Below, one piece after another: positions 61,301-64,000 of a stretch of 64,000 nt of DNA. Location of the stretch: assembly GCA_035084275.1 (NCBI GenBank), contig CM068765.1:1612001-1676000 (forward strand), written 5' to 3'. The position numbers were made by a program, and so were the translations under genes. How positions within the stretch are numbered: position 1 is the stretch's first letter; every line of letters begins with the position of its first letter. This DNA comes from Hydrolagus colliei (lineage: Eukaryota). The notes beneath the pieces were generated by a model, which saw only the letters and a list, made by a program, of their open reading frames with translations, was not told the DNA's origin and made no database searches.

Positions 61301-64000
61301 CCCTGAACAACCTTTATCTTGTTCCTGATACAGTGTCCAAATGACAGTGTCAAAATATTTTTGAATCAGTGTTTTCGGCAGTGAGGTTCAAGTGAAGGAT
61401 AATACATCCTTGCAAAGGGCCACCTGAAGCCAGAGCTGATTTATTCCGGAGCCCACAGTCACTTTTAGAGGTCAGGCTAAAGTACTTGATGTTGTAGGTG
61501 CGGGGTAACACCAATCCTAGTCATTCTAATTAAAAGACTGTGGAAGTGGGAGATACTTTTCCAACAGAGAAACAGAAAGATCAGAGGCTCACTTCTGTAT
61601 TCCTCGCCACTCTCCCCCGTCCCCTCCTACACCGTTCACACTGAGGACCTTATCTGTAGCTGTAACCGAGACTGAGAAGGACGTACTTTATTGGGAACAG
61701 CTACAAAGCCCACAATGTCTCTCAAGCGAACAAAGATATCTCATCAAATAAACAATACGCCAACTAGAGGTTTTAATTGAAGAAGGAAAATTGCCCGAGA
61801 AGAAAACCCTGACAATTAATCTAACGTTTGAGGTTTGACTCAATGCGAAAACAGGTCAGGAGGAAATGTGACACCTCTTTCATTTCCTACCAACAAAACG
61901 CAGCTGAGCACATGAAGGTAGTTTTCAAAAATACCACCACTGTGCTAGAGAACAATACACACAAACACAGTATTGCGCCCAGCCACAGTTGGATGAGTTC
62001 CGTGCGAACTTGAGTGAAGGGAATGGAATCTGCAAGTAAACAACTCGAATGGCAGAAGGCATGAAAAAGCTTGCTTTATCACCAGTTTATCAGGGATCAC
62101 CTCTCTGATACAATCTTTACGGTTCCTCTAGGTAATAAGTGCAAAGTCCATCTCCTGGTTAGTATGCCTCATTGGAGTCGTTACTAACAGTAAATAGCCA
62201 CTTCCCAGCCCCACACTGCATATTACATCAGTTGCATAGATATATATATATATAAACCGCATGTCAGAATGTCTTAAAAGCACTTGTCATGGATTTTAAT
62301 GGGTGGTGACTATTTTGGCAGTGAATGGGGCAGCCAATTTGCACACTATCTTGTTCCACAACCAGCGAATGAAATGAATGACCGATTTTTCGTATTCTGC
62401 CATATAATCGAACAAGAAAATATTTTTTTTTTTCTAGGAAAAACAGTTCAATTCCGCAGATCGAGGCGGCAGAACGGAAAGAGCATTATACTTTCGGTGT
62501 CCTCATCAGAATGCAACATAAATATAGTCAAACAGCAGAACTATCAAGAACATTCCTTGGCAGTTTTGTGTTGGTTACCACCAGCCCAATTACTGCCAGG
62601 GTTGATCGAAACCCTTTGATCCCTATTAATACCTCGCCAATTTACACCTTCCATTTTACGTGATGCGTTTGAATCGAAATGCCTCCTGAACACAGTCATT
62701 TGTCACCACACCGCATTTGCTCCATCCACCGATTGCGCTCTGGGTTCCCAATGATTGGGTTGTGTTTGCTGGCTGCGACACGGACTCACCGCCGACTTTA
62801 AACCAATGCTTTTATTCTCACTTTAAATTGCTTCAAATTGCTTTATTTTCGAACAGGCGCTGATAAATTTCCTGCTGCAGAAAATTGAGGTGACGGGCAT
62901 GCAATCTCGCAACTGTTAGAATAGCTAATCTTCTCAACTAGCAGCACCGATTCGCCACTCAAAGGTACAGTTAAGAGAAATAAATTCCAGCCGTTCACTT
63001 CGATCAATTCGCCTCTGTTCTCTTGGGGGGGTTTTTTAACAGAAAGATATCGGCAACGCAAACAGAAGTCTTTGGTGGACCGATCATCGCTGCATAAAAT
63101 AACCGCTGTGGTCTTTCGGCAGACAATTGAACCTGAATTCTCTCCTCTCTCTTTCTCCCAAACCAAATGTCAGTGATCGCAAAGTTCAGCGGAACCAAGA
63201 CTAATAATAAACGAATTCCCTAAAACATCACAATTTGAATCTATTATTTTGCGGTGATATTTCTTTGAAATCGAAGGCCGAGCGCAAGAGGTTTCTCGCG
63301 AAAGGTCAACCTCATTTAATGGGGTGCAACCAACCCGAGTAATTGCCGTTTTACCTTGACTGAATTTGTATTGCGACTGCCACCTGCGGCATTTTCTGCC
63401 TTTGAACTGTTTTAATGAGAGTGAGGTGGTGGTGGGGTGAGGGAGATTTGGGGGGGGTTAAATAAAATTGAGAGAGAGAGAGAAAAAAAAAGTTGGAAGC
63501 AGCTTACTCGACCTGCTGCTCTGTCAAATGTATTATTTGTCCACAAACCACTGTCGCAGTCGGGTACAGTTTGTCAAATATACCATCGCATAACGGTGGA
63601 AATTTCATTGATTTCCGATCACCGAGCTCTCCTGAAAGTCTGAAGTGCGGAAATTGACGATACTGATCACAGTTGAACTAATGCATTTGTTCCCTCCTTG
63701 TCCGTCAACCCACCCCCTCCTCTCTGTCCCTCCAAGTCACCCACTCTCTGTCCACCTTTAAATCCCTACGGTCACTATCTCCCGCCCAGCTTCTCCCTTG
63801 CCGAGATCAGTGAAATGCTCAGACATGTTCTACTGCGTGCAGTAGGGCCAAACGATAAATCTAAAGTTGTTGTTGTCCCCTGCAGGGTTCATTAATGTGC
63901 TACCAAGTGCATTAACTCGCTGAGCTCTCAGGAACCACCACTCTGTGTGATTTTAAAACCCAGCGTGTGTGCTTACGGCAAATAGTTGCAGAGCAACACT

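Noticed and set aside
62780-62900. Strong minus-strand donor GCG|gtgagt as a possible alternative first coding exon of ABCA2
   Set aside because: The frame that would join the WVL exon has an upstream TAA and no ATG after it, and there is no similarity to the MGFLHQL start. A non-coding exon cannot be supported from sequence alone.

Overview
Vertebrate genomic DNA, most likely from a cartilaginous fish. A chimaera such as Callorhinchus is inferred from the repeat content and is not proven. The whole window is the interior of one minus-strand, multi-exon gene, ABCA2 (ATP-binding cassette subfamily A member 2). I traced 36 coding exons with GT-AG boundaries and consistent reading phases, from [10 protein letters not shown]... 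(59315) to ...FLLQLFE (running off position 1). They cover TM1, ECD1, TMD1, NBD1, R1, ECD2 and part of TMD2. The first coding exon and the NBD2/C-terminal exons lie outside the window. Introns are filled with one tRNA-derived SINE family (about 30 full or partial copies), plus older Deu-type SINE, L2 and CR1 3' fragments, a pogo/Tigger-like end, microsatellites and one N-gap. Nearly all of the provided ORFs are spurious or are exon read-throughs. The most interesting signals concern splicing and RNA structure: a 3-nt microexon (TCT, 55607-55609) with SRRM4-type upstream motifs; a 183-nt in-frame ECD1 exon absent from human ABCA2 as I recall it, clamped by inverted SINEs; a candidate 36-nt/3-nt cassette exon; a four-fold NAG acceptor; a GAG acceptor; and a perfect 59-bp fold-back palindrome inside a SINE. 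Comparisons with human ABCA2 and with repeat consensuses are from memory and need alignment.
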